From Sphagnum compactum (Eukaryota): a stretch of DNA of 64,000 nucleotides. Shown in pieces: positions 32,536 to 44,900 of this stretch. A program made the position numbers and the translations under genes. The stretch is from NCBI GenBank assembly GCA_965153455.1, contig OZ234494.1, positions 2,976,001 to 3,040,000 of the forward strand. The letters run 5' to 3'. Positions within the stretch are counted from its first letter, which is position 1, and every line of letters starts with the position of its first letter. The notes beneath the pieces are model-generated. The model was not told where the DNA came from and searched no databases. It worked only from the letters and a program-made list of their open reading frames with translations.

Positions 32536-35500
32536 ATCCTTTGGATAACTATAAAGATTTTTTCATTTTCTTTTACAAAGAAGGATATATATTCCAAAAA
32601 ATATTTCAATTTACTATAACAGCTGGTTACACATTTATTTTCTTAAAAATTCCTTTACCAACTATATTTATGTCGATTTTCAAATTTCAAACATGGCGGA
32701 TATGCATATCAAAATTTCAATTCTATTATTACTTAATAAAAAGGAACTTACAATAGTAACCTAGCTTTTCAAAACACAAGCAACATGAACAAATTCAAAC
32801 AAAATCAAACTTGTGGGGGAACCAAAACCTAGTTTTTAAAAACTCTGCCCAAGTGCAGCACAAGCTCCTTGCCCCACCCACACAAAACACAAACCCAACC
32901 CAGTCCCACAAAATTAATCACCATCAACCTCCAATTTTTCAAAAAAATTATGTTCTTCAATTCAATTGCCAAAGACTTTTCTGCTCTCAGTATTGCTTGA
33001 AGTTTGAATTTGGCTTACAATTGGCACGCGAGTCGTTAGGCAAACTGATCACCGCAGTAATAATCTAATCCACATTCTCCACTTGCAAGCGACAACACCT
33101 TAAAGCTATCAACACCCTTACAAGACTAAAAACTCGTTTAGTTTCTATCTATGAACCCATAGATAGAATTCCAAGAATTTGTTTTGCAAGGAAACCCATA
33201 TTTGGAAATTGGCCTTCATGCATCCACCACCAAGCTAATGGATTTGCACATACGGATGAATGAAAAAAAAGCCTCCTTAATAAAGATAATTCCCCAATGA
33301 CTAGCGTTTGAGAAAATTCTTCAATTGAAGCCCCAACCCCAAACATGTTTTTTTCATGTTTTGGTCCTATAACATCAATTGTTGCAATAACAGATGTACC
33401 AACAACAGGGTTTAGTCAATCAAAACATACCATCAAAAGAAGAACAACCACCTCGACATCACATTCAGATGCCAATTGGATTGCATTCTCGCATCCCATT
33501 AAGTTTTCCACTATGCATAATGCCTTGAAACAGGGATCCAACATGATAGCCATCATGTTGTGAGCTTGCCTCGCGTTAAAAGACCTTAGAAACTCCAAAA
33601 AAGGTTTGATTACTTTTACTACTTCTAACTACATATTCCTATGCAGAAGGCAGGTCTCTGCCTCAAACAATCAAATATTTCAGACCCAATAGAAAGCTCC
33701 AACAGTTGAGCTTCCATTTCCATAGTAAGGGTAATGGTTGTTGTCAAGGCATCTAACAACAACTAGTGGCCCCTACTTTGATTCATCACATAAGCAAATA
33801 CAACAAGATTCAAAGTAAAGGTGATTGCCTCAACAATAGCCCACACTTGGGCTTTAGGTACTCTTTGCTATAGAGCAATAGACTTATGCCTACCATAACA
33901 AATAATTATGGCATTCTTCAACTCAAGGGTTTTTTCAAACATGATGACCTTGTTGGCGAATCTTGGTTTCATAGGGGTCTTCAATTTTTTATGTCGCATG
34001 CCGCTTCCAGAAGAAGCCTATTCCCATTCTTGCCTTCCTTTCCAGGACTTTTTAGTCCATGTAATGGTTTTTTATAAACCACTTTGAGTTTTTTTCACAT
34101 TAACATTTCTTAGCCCAACATAATTTTTTTCATCATTTGTTGCATATTGATAAGCCTTGGACATCACATGCCCAAAGCGTGTGCCTTCATAAACCTTAAG
34201 AATCTTTAAGGGCTCATAGTCAATGATGGAATGCAGAACTATTACCATAGTAGAAAGATTTGTGACTTCATTTTTTACGAATGTAATAACTCAGTGTAAT
34301 AGACCAAATCTGTCCAACAAAACTTGTATTTGTACAGCCATTGACTGTCCAATTGTTTCATTCACCTCATACAACCCCATAGTTGTCATGGGCACCCAAT
34401 CATCACTCAAGAAATTGATAACCAAAATAAAAGTATCAACCCCACCATGAGACATCCATAAATCAAAACTAGCAGAAACCACTATTGTTAATGCAAGATT
34501 TGGCAAAACATGATGGTCCATGGTCTTCTTGACCATGGTTGGCAACACTTCCTCCACAAAAAGAAGATTGAAAAAGAAATAATACATGGGGGCTTTGGTG
34601 TAAAACTAACTTCTAAAGTCAAACATTCTCGTAAGTTGACAAACACCTATAACCCTTGCAAATATACAAGACCAAATCCTCCAGAAACCGTTGTTGTTAT
34701 TCGTTAGTTTTTTTGTAAGGGTTTGTGACACCAAAAAATGAAGTAATTGAATAGGCAGATGGAGTTGTTTTTTTTTCCCTGATTGCCAAACATGAGTTAC
34801 AGGTTCTCCCACCTTCTCACTAAGTTGTTGTTTCCTTTGTGCAAATAACCTTGGATGTGTAGTTTGCACATGAGTAGTCATAGGAGTAATACCATTTACC
34901 ATGTTACACTTAATTAAACCTTTGCGGAATGTAGATCTTTGAGCCAAAACATCATTAGATGTTTGCTCATATTTGCAAATTATACACCGCAACATTTGTG
35001 GTTTCATCAAATCCACCAACAAACCATCATTGACAGCAAACAATCCCCAACATGTAAATAAGCAGTTATTAGGTCTTTAAAACACAATTTGTGCTTCAAC
35101 AACAGCAAGTTGTGAAGCATCGACATTTGAGATGTTGGGAGCTTACAAATGCTGAACATTTGCAATGGTTGAAGATGGCACATGAACAAGGGTAGAAGTC
35201 GACATATGAACAAGGGCAGTTTACAGCATATGAAGAAAGGAAATTGATGGAGTATATTCATTAACTCCACCCACATTCTCGACATAATAACATTCCTCTT
35301 CAACCTATCCACAAAACACAAACAATGCACTAACTAAGACAAGAACAATGCCTTAGAAACCCTAAACTTAAAGACAAAAGAATGGAAATTAAATTGGAAG
35401 CTTACCTTTGTTGGCAACTACGCTATTACAAAAGATTATTGAACAACAAAACACGCATCTAATGAATGCCACTTGTAACCAACGAGTGCCAAGGAACTAA

Positions 35501-36865
35501 TGAGCACCAAACAGCTTGAAAGAAACTACTGACCAAAACACAAATAAACAAATTTGTAGTTTATCAACAAGTTGTCATGTTTGTCCAACAAATATGCATA
35601 GAATAAAGGTTTCAGTTTGTCCAACAACTATGCACCAAAACAAAACTTGGGTCTAAGTTCGTCCAACAACTATGCACATAAACAAAACATAGGTCCTAGT
35701 TCATCTAGCAATTAGGCATAGAAACAAAACAAAAAACACAAAACATAGACAATGCATTAATTAAAACAAGAACAATGCCTTAGAAACCCTAAACCTATAA
35801 ACAAAAGAATGGAGATAAAGTTGGGAGCTTACCTTTATTGGCAGCTACAATCTTGCAAAAGATTGTTGAACATCAAAAACACATCTAGTGAACGCCACTT
35901 GCAACCAATGAATGTCAAGGAACTAATGAACACAAAGCAGTACAAAAAATTACTGACCAAAACATAGATGAACAATTCTACAATTTGTTAGCAAGTTTTC
36001 ATGTTCGTCCAATAAGTATGCACAAAACAAAGGTTCCAATTCATCCAAGAACTATGCATAGCAACTTTGCATAGAAACACAACAAAGAACACAAAACATA
36101 GATATTGCATTAACTAAAACAATAACAATGCCCTAGAAACCTTAAACCTAAGGACAAAAAAAAATGGAGATGAAGCTAGAAGCTTACCTTTGTCGGCAAT
36201 CTACCTTTGTTGGTTTTTGTTGACACAAGTCCCAATTCATCCAACAATGATGCACATAAACAACCAAGCTTGTCTAGCAATGATGCACAAAAACAAAAAA
36301 CAACCAAGCTCGTCCAACATCAATGCACAAGCAACTGAACTTAAGCTCTCGCAACTCAAAAGCAACCAACCAACCACCAACCTCTCACTTAACAAGCTCT
36401 CACAATAAGTTCTTTTGACGAGCCATAACCAATGCTACAAGAAAACTTTCGAACAAATAATCTAAACAAACCTGGAAGCGTAAGCTTCCAAAGTGCACAA
36501 AAAATTTCAATGAAACTTGCAAGCTTAAAATCTAGGTTCACGTCAAGTTTTGAGCATCATTGTCAAGTGCAAAAGCAAAGAATCAAAACAAAACATGGCT
36601 GAAATGCGATGGGTTCTTGTTTATAACTGTAACCCGCAAACCCTAAATGAATTAAACCTTAAATTCATATCCTACATTTTTAAAACTCTAATTGACCGAA
36701 TACGATTAATGTATTAAAGGTTTTTGAATTGGATACGGTTACACATCGGAGGTGTACATAACATACATCCGATGGTGGTGTATACTGCTGGATATCTGAA
36801 CTTGAAAAATTCCACATATGGATTCATCTATATCCAGTGAATATTTGGATGCATAATTGGATTTA
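32536..36865 (-). mobile_element. Decayed hAT-superfamily DNA transposon
   Basis: Transposase fragments: BED-like RCIICK...MTTHVQTTHP (34606-35043), SASFDLWMS (catalytic D), IMLDPCFK, and dimerisation domain NPLAWWWMHEGQFPNMGFLAKQILGI (33149-33346). GGATA/TATCC motifs cluster near both ends. TIR and TSD were not resolved. Confidence 0.75.
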
Positions 36866-37110
36866 TAGGGTAGGAAGATAACCACTTATGTTCCTACCTA
36901 CCTATACACACCTTCCTACCTTGCTACCTACCTAACGTGGCTATTTTCCTACCTACCTACTGACCTTTTTTATTATTATTATTGGTTTTCCTATAGGTAA
37001 AAAAATAGGTCACATAGGAAAATAACATATCAAGATAGGTAAGAAAATAGTCACCTATGTTCCTACCTACCTATGCACACCTTCTTACGTTTTTGCTACC
37101 TACCTAAAGG
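36866..37110. repeat. Right segment of the same ~170-bp AGGT/ACCT array
   Basis: Near-identical to 32359-32535 (TATGTTCCTACCTACCTATACACACC...CCTTGCTACCTACCTAA). Confidence 0.8.
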
Positions 37111-39299
37111 GCTTTGTTTTAGGGTATAAGTTACCAAGGTGGAACTTGACAACTATTCCATTGGGTTCATTCACAATTGATTCTAATAAGTTTGGTGTAT
37201 GGTAAAGCCTAAGGGTCCCAAAATAAGGCTTTATTACGAGGCAATAGTGGGACCTTGGCCTTGTATTCATAGATCAAACAATACTTACACCTACTCCTTA
37301 AGAGTGGATGGGATCTTCCATCTATAAAAGACCACCCCAAACCTAGTGTTTTGGCATTGGTGTTTGTGCCCACCCTAACATTTTTTTTTTCATTTTGCAA
37401 ATGGATCAAGGGTTACACATGATCAAGAACATTAAGTACATGTTTTAATTTTCTTTTTTCATTGCCATGTGGTAAAAACTATGGTTGGCTGATTATTACA
37501 AACATGAACATATGTTAGTGATTAACAAAGTAATTATTAAGATTCATAACAATGGTTTTGACCAAAACAAACAAAGACCCAATTTTGGTATACAATCATG
37601 GTTCTCAAAAAACTTGGAAAAAAATTCAAATAGTCAACCACAAAAAATGGTTGGTTCTTTCATGAAACCCACAAGTTTTTAAAGGTTTTTGAAATAACTA
37701 GGATTTATAATTCTTTGATTCTAAATTTTTCAAAGGATATTAGAACTGACAATTCTATTATTTTAAAATGTTTCAAAAATTAAAATCGATGATTCTTTAA
37801 CAATTCAAATAATTGAGATCATTGGTAAAAACTCTAATGCCTACCATCCATCATCAATTAAAAATCAAAGCTATGTTTTTTTTTTTTTTTGTCAACACCA
37901 TGCTTTTGTTAATAACTAATGTAATTTTTTCATCTTCGAGATTTGAGGTGCATCCAACCTATATATCATGTAAGTTTTTTTTCTTTTTTCTTTTTCAAAT
38001 ATTCCATTGTTGCATCTTTGTTTTTATGCATTCTATTTATATTCAAGTTCCTTTTGCAAAACTTTCATGATGTTTTTATGTGTTTGCATTTTTTATTTTT
38101 TTGCATGTGTATATAGGGTTTCATTTTGTAATTTCATTGTGCTTCATTATTGGTGCAACTTTCAATGAATTGTTCTGTTTTGTTTTTATTGCCAATTTGT
38201 TGCATCGGATTTTTTTGGCATTTTTGTTTTTACAAAAGTAATTGTGTTATTTTGTGTTTGATCACTTTTTTATTGCATAACATGTTTACAAGTTTTCATT
38301 TTGTGAGTTCACAACATTTCATCATTTATGCAACATTGAGAGAACTTTTCATTTTAGATTTTGTTCTCAATTTGTTGCATCCTTTGTTTATTACAATTTG
38401 GTTTTGTTGCAATAAACAATGCAAAACTTTGAAGTTGTACAAGTCATAAATATGTTCTTCCCATCAGCATGCTCCAAATTCTATACATTTGTAGTCCAAT
38501 AGTGAAGCTCCTTATATTAATCTTTTATTATGTCACTTGTTGTAAGTACTATTAACTATATCAATTGATATTTAATAAAACAAGAATATCACAAAATAAT
38601 AATTGTTATAGAAATAATAAATCGTGGGTATGCTTGGAATATGACTTTAATATATTTTATGTGTATTTTAGATACATGTTTAATTATCTCAAAAATATAC
38701 ATATACATAAATTTATGTTTGATATATTTTAATATGCTTTAAATTTGAACTATATATGATTTTAATTTTAGTCCTTGTACACATTTTCATGATGCACTTG
38801 TACAATGTCTTAATATGCTTCCAATATCCTTTTGAAAACTTTGAATTGATTTTACTATTTCATAAAGATGTAATAAATTTTGGTCACATTTGCATTTAAT
38901 GGGACATATATGACTTTACTTGATGAAAATAAAATAACAAGTCAATTTTTTTAAAAGATGAAGGAAACAATAGTTGCAAATGACAATTTAGCTGCATGTT
39001 ATTACAAATTTATTGGTTATAAAAGACAAGATTTTTAAAATAATGTTGCCAAACATCATAACCATGCAAAGCTTGATCAATTTGAACCACTCGGAAACGT
39101 GGTGGTTCAAAATCTTGCTAAACCTTAGTTTCTCCCACATTATGGTTGTAGGGTTGTAATCAATAGGACATTACATGGCAATTGCGCATTGGTTTTGCAT
39201 GGTCAATGTGAAAAATGAGGATTGTTGTGGGCCCAAAATGTACTTGAAGAAGGGCCATGATCCTGGGCAAAGTAGTAAAACCTCTATAACCAACCAATA

Positions 39300-39700
39300 T
39301 TGAATGTAAATTACTTTAGTTGCAAGCATTTATTGGTCTAGAAAACACATTTCCAACTTAACAATTTTGTTACCTTTGGAACACCAACTCAAATCTTGTT
39401 TAGGAATTTTGTCATATTTTCCAAACAACTGCAAAATTTCAACTAAATGACTAGCTTCAAGGGCTTGTTTAAGCTTGTGAACAAAGTAATTATGCATAGA
39501 CTTGACATGTGCATTAGTAGGCCAAAAATAATACTCCTCAACATCAACTCTTGGTTTTGTAACCAGGCACTTCCACATCCTTTAGTGTTTATTAGAAAGT
39601 CCAATTTTGGCACTAATAGTTTTTCCTTCCCCTCCACAATAAAACAAATATTGCAAATAACAATATTATCAAAATTCATTAAATTCAAATTATAAGTAAA
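39300..39700 (-). mobile_element. Possible DNA-transposase N-terminal relic (hAT/ZNF862-like)
   Basis: Short fragment ICNICFIVEGKEKLLVPKLDFL in AT-rich surroundings. Family assignment is from recall only. Confidence 0.3.
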
Positions 39701-42489
39701 TTTTATTTGTAAAAATGAAATTTTTGTAGGATGCAAATTTTTCATTTAAATAATAAATTAAAATAATAATAATAAAATTAAAGTATAAGTTTAAAATATT
39801 GTGTATTGAAATATTAGTTAAACTAATATGTTTGTTAATAAGGTTTTCTATTATCTTGTTTTTGAAATTGGTTATAAAACATATAAGAGAACCGAATAGG
39901 TTTTGATGTTTATTTTCAACACGTTTTGTGGGGTAGTTTGTTTATGTCCCTTATCAAAATATTCCAATATATTACAATAATCATATTATTTTATTTCATA
40001 AGCAAACCAAAGAAAAACAATGTCAAAAGAGATTTTGTTTTTTTCATAATTGAAGGAAACAACACAAAAGCATGTCCCAAACCAAAAAAATGTTCAATGT
40101 AAGTACTAATGTTCTGATATACCTTAGTATTCTTTTGTTTTAACAATAATTAAGGAATATTAGATTAAATAAACAACTATTTTATCTTCATAAATTCAAA
40201 TTTTGTGTACTAGTTTATTTAACCATCTATTCTACCTTGTACTACTAGTTTTGCTCAAAACTACAAGTTCACTTATCTACAATCTTTTTTTAGCTAATAA
40301 TGTTCAACACATGCAATGCTAGTTTTTTTTTATAAATTTAAAACATAAGTAATGAAACATAATTATGGTTATTTGGAATTAATGTAATATAATATTCAAT
40401 ATTTGTTGAATATATCTTCAAATTATCTATTTCATCATTATTTTATGTTATATGAAATAATAATAATAGGTATAGTTAATACGAACATCTAATAAATGAT
40501 TATATAATTTCAAAATATATATTTCTCTTAGAACTATTTTATTTACTTCAATATTATTATTGTATTTTATCTTTATTCAATATATATTATATTAAATTAT
40601 AATATTTATAACAAGTTAAATAATCATACAAATAATAATATTTAAATAACAACCTAACTTATATTAGATACCATAGTATTATTAATGTTATTTGTATAAA
40701 TTTTATTTAAAATATTAATTATATTAATAAAAATTTAATTAATACACAACTTTATTATATCTAATGAAATATTAATAAATATAATTTTAAAATAAATAAA
40801 TAAATAAATAAAATTAATAAAAATACTAATAATCAATTATAATGTCATGGAATGAAAATTTTTGTTGAATATTTATTACAAGTAACTAGCATAATTAACT
40901 AAACTTAGGTTACCTAAAATATTAGTTTAAATCTAGGTTTAACTAAGTTAAAATTAGGTTGTAAATCAATTGCAACAAATGGAGTTGCAATTATATTATT
41001 ATAGTTTGCAACTAAGGTAAAGTAATTGACCACCACACACTCAAGTTATTAAAAAGCTTAAATTTGAATACATCCTTTTTTTTGTTTTTCAAACTCAAAA
41101 TGATGTTTTAGAACTTGATTTGGAGTAGCCATGACCACTTAAATTGCTCTTGAAAATAAATAAAAAATGAAAAAAGATACGGGCATTGAGAGTAAGCGAG
41201 GTAAATGTTCAATCATAAGCCTAATTCACACATTCCAATTTAATACATTTGTGTTTTTGGTGGTTCTTCTCTATTGGTTCTTTGCATTTGAAACTTTAAA
41301 AAAGTAATGTAAACCTTAATTTGGTGCACCCATAGCTCTTTAGATCACTCAAATTGCATAAAAAATGAATAAGATATGACATTATAAAATAATGGGTCAT
41401 TTTTGGAAAAAACACATTATTTGATTTTAACATGTCTTAGGCTTCTTCTATGTTGCTCCTTTGCTTCTAGAGCTTAAAGAGATCATGTAAAGCTTACTTT
41501 GACATTCCCATAGCTTTTTACATCATTCAAATCATACAAGAAATGAGAAAGATTTGTAGATTTTTAGTTGTAGGCCTGTGTGTGTTATTAGGCTTGTTTT
41601 CCCATGGTGGAAACTAAATTTTTTGTCCCATATTGTTTGGTTTCCATTTTGATAATCCAAATTATATAACCAAATGCACTAGAATGATGGGGAACGAAAG
41701 TAAACATGAAAATGTAATAACCATTTGGGATGAAAAAATAAAAAAGGTTCAACCTTAAAGGCCAAGTTAAATTAAATAAAGCTTTATTTATATCTTAGGT
41801 ATAGGCCTAACTTAATGCCTATGTTTAGCTTTAGCTTAGGTGTCTAGGTCTATCTTTAATCGAAGCCTAGACTAAGGGACTAGGTTTAGACCTAATCCAT
41901 CGCTAGGCAATTAGGTGGTTGCCTATGATTAGGCACCACATACATCTATAGGCCTAGGTTATGCCAAGTGGCATTAAATTATTAGTCCGCCCCAAACCCT
42001 ATTAAATTACAACATGTCATCCCACCATAGGCCAAATGCATTGACCATCGTAATTGCAACATAATTGACCTCTCGATTTAATATGTATTATGACCAATCA
42101 ATGGTGGAATACATTGGATGTGCCACGTGTCACCACATCATTGGTTAAATTGACATAATTGAAATGTAGTTGAAATTACAACGGAATATTTTGTTGACAT
42201 CATATGCAATCAGCAGATGAAGTTCATTCATTAATTGAAGGAAATTGACAACATTTCACGACTAGGTTGGTAAGATAGTTTGCAACTATAATGGTTAATG
42301 ACGGCTATTGATGTGGTGTTGACACATGGCAAACACTTTTAACTGGAATGTCTGTTGAGAAAAATATTTTTCAATTGCAAAAAATACTTTGCAACTATTT
42401 TTGTCACTTTCAATTATGTTTCATAGTCAAGGTGTAGTTGAACACATAGTTATAAAAGGGGGGGGGGGGGGAGGGTTTCTACTAGTGGA

Positions 42490-42925
42490 ATGACCTAAAA
42501 TAACCAAAAATAAGCTAAGGTATAATAGCCTAGAATATCCAAAAATAGCTTAGAATAGCAAAAAAGACCTATGGTAGATTAACCAATAATAACTTAAAAC
42601 AATCAAAAGTAATTTACAATATAATAGCCAATAATAGCTTACGATAAAATAACTTAAAATAACTTGTGGTAGAATAGCCTAGAATAACTAAGAATAGCTT
42701 ATGGTATAATAGCCTAAATAATAATAAAAACCTATAGTAGAATAACCAATAATAACATAAGGTATAATAATTTAGATTAACTAATTACAACCAAGAATAA
42801 CCTATAATAAAATTATTTTAAATAGCAACTAATAACTTAAAATAACAAAAAAAACTTAAAATTTAATATCCAATAATAGCGTACAATATAATAACCAATA
42901 ATAACCTACGATAAAATAACCAGTC
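42490..42925. repeat. Degenerate AT-rich minisatellite (TAGAATAACC/TAATAGCC-like units)
   Basis: Recurring ~10-20-bp motifs AATAACC, AATAGCC and GGTATAATA. Confidence 0.6.
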
Positions 42926-43634
42926 ATGTGTCTCAAATAAACTAAAAAGAAAATGTTGTGGATGGGTTCTACATGTATTAACAAATGAAGAATAGGGACA
43001 CAAGGTGATGTGAAGATGATGTCAATAACAAGTTTGATTTTTAAAAAGGTTTTTGTAGGTAGTCCAATCAACTCTACAATGAAAATGGCACCATGGATTT
43101 TGGATGAAGTCAATTGCCACATTTGTAAATTTGCACATGGATTTTGGATGAAGTCAATGCCACAACATTTTGTAAATTTGCACGAGATACTATTGGTGTC
43201 AAAGGACCCCAAAAAAATGAAATGATTGTCTTTTATTGGTCAACCATTGACTATTATTGATCGATCCATCGCAATTACACGTGGCATTTATATATTTTCA
43301 TTAGTGTTAAAAGTTTTATCCTTCCTTCATCGATAAAGAGTCTCAATATGGGGCACTATACAACAATGTTGTGAATTCATGACATAAGAAGTTGAGAAGA
43401 AGCATGTACTCTCTCTTTGGGCCTCCTTTCACCCCCCATCCCATCTTTGAGTGAAGTCTGCAAAGTAAGGAAGTTTTATTCAATCTGGGTATGAAATGAC
43501 AAAACTCAGCATTTAATGCACAAAGTTCGAGGTAACTATGGTAGTTGTACAGGTAGGAGCAGTGAAAATATATGCAGCAGCAGTGGAGGCTCTCAGGAAA
43601 AAGGAAAGAGGGGGTCAAAATAGGATGAAACTCA

Positions 43635-43964
43635 GGCCCACTTCACACTAAGGAGTCAGGGCCGAAAAAACTTTGGGGCCAACTTTGAGCTTTTTTGGCC
43701 CCAAGTTACCAATAAATGCTAGAACATTGATCTGAGGATATTAATAAGTGCTGGAACATTGGCCCCAAGGGTTGCAAATTAAAGGGTCCCAAATTCGATA
43801 GTATTCTTTTTCCAGCCTTAGGGCCAATACAAGGCCATAAAATTCAGCATTTAGGGTTTACTTGGGGCAGATTGAAAATATTTTTTTCTATTTCAGCCTT
43901 GACTCCAAGTGTAAAAGCCCTTGGGGCCAATTTCATACTTTTGCACCAATAGGAATGCTTGATT
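43635..43964 (+). mobile_element. Tourist/PIF-Harbinger-like MITE, 3'-truncated copy
   Basis: Homologous to 50118-50476. Begins GGCCCACTTCACACTAAGGAGTCA after TCA and lacks the right TIR. Confidence 0.7.
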
Positions 43965-44685
43965 AAACTACTACTATTCTAGATAGGTACCTTATTGTCG
44001 GTTCTATTTAGTTAGGTGTAGTGGGTAACAACTCAAAGTGCAATTTCATTCTTGTTTTTCAATGAACCATTTTGATTGACGCATCACAAAATTCCTAAGG
44101 ATTTTGCAACATTGCACACTCCCCAAAACATATAAGTAAGTCGGCACTCACTTGCCCCAACCCAAGATAGAATCATTAAAAATACTTCTCCCTTTGGCCG
44201 ACCTTCTATGTAGAAGAGTATGAAAGTTGTTCGGCTTTTTACCCAAAGCTTATTATCCAAGTGTGGTGGTGGTATCGGGAACAACTTGGGGGACCACATT
44301 GGAAAGTTGGGGAACATGTTGGGAACACAATGAGAACTTGGTGAGAACACACTAGAAACCACAAAATCACCTTGGTAAAAATCCCCAAATTTCACTTAAA
44401 TTATTTTATAAATACTACAAATACCCCATGTTGAGACAAAATCAAGGTTTTGGAGTTTAAAAAATCAAACCCTTTTTTTCAGGCTTAATTAATTTGGCCA
44501 CTAAGAGGCCTCACTAAAAAAGGGCGAAGGTAAGAAGGTACCAACATGAGTGCTCCCGTTGACCCACCCACCTAGCCACCCCGAGAGGGAAAAGAAATTG
44601 AATTTTTTGGATGAGAGGAAAGTCTTTTTCTTAAACAAGTTCGTCCCCCATTTTTGCCTTCACTAATCCCCCCCACTCCACAATT

Positions 44686-44900
44686 GTGGGTACCATAATA
44701 TTTTTGAAAACAAATACCCCACTCACTCCGTGATGGTGGGTGCCATAATATTTTTGAAAACAAATACCCCACTCGCTCCGTGATCGTGGTGGGTGCCATA
44801 ATATTTTTGAAAACAAATACCCCACTCACTCCGAGGTTGTGGGTACCATAATATTTTTGAAAACAAATACCCCACTCACTTCGTGATCGTGTGTACCATA
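44686..44900. repeat. ~50-52-bp tandem repeat, ~4 copies
   Basis: GTGGGTRCCATAATATTTTTGAAAACAAATACCCCACTCRCT repeated. Confidence 0.9.

Noticed and set aside
40300-40860. Extremely AT-rich tract
   Set aside because: No periodicity or coding signal that I could support.
42476-42487. TTTCTACTAGTG, a possible right CACTA TIR with TTGCAACTA-like motifs upstream
   Set aside because: No matching left TIR or 3-bp TSD was found, so an element cannot be delimited.
44686-44900. Repeats with short variable linkers, superficially CRISPR-like
   Set aside because: The variable parts are only ~8-12 nt and related to each other, so this is an ordinary minisatellite.
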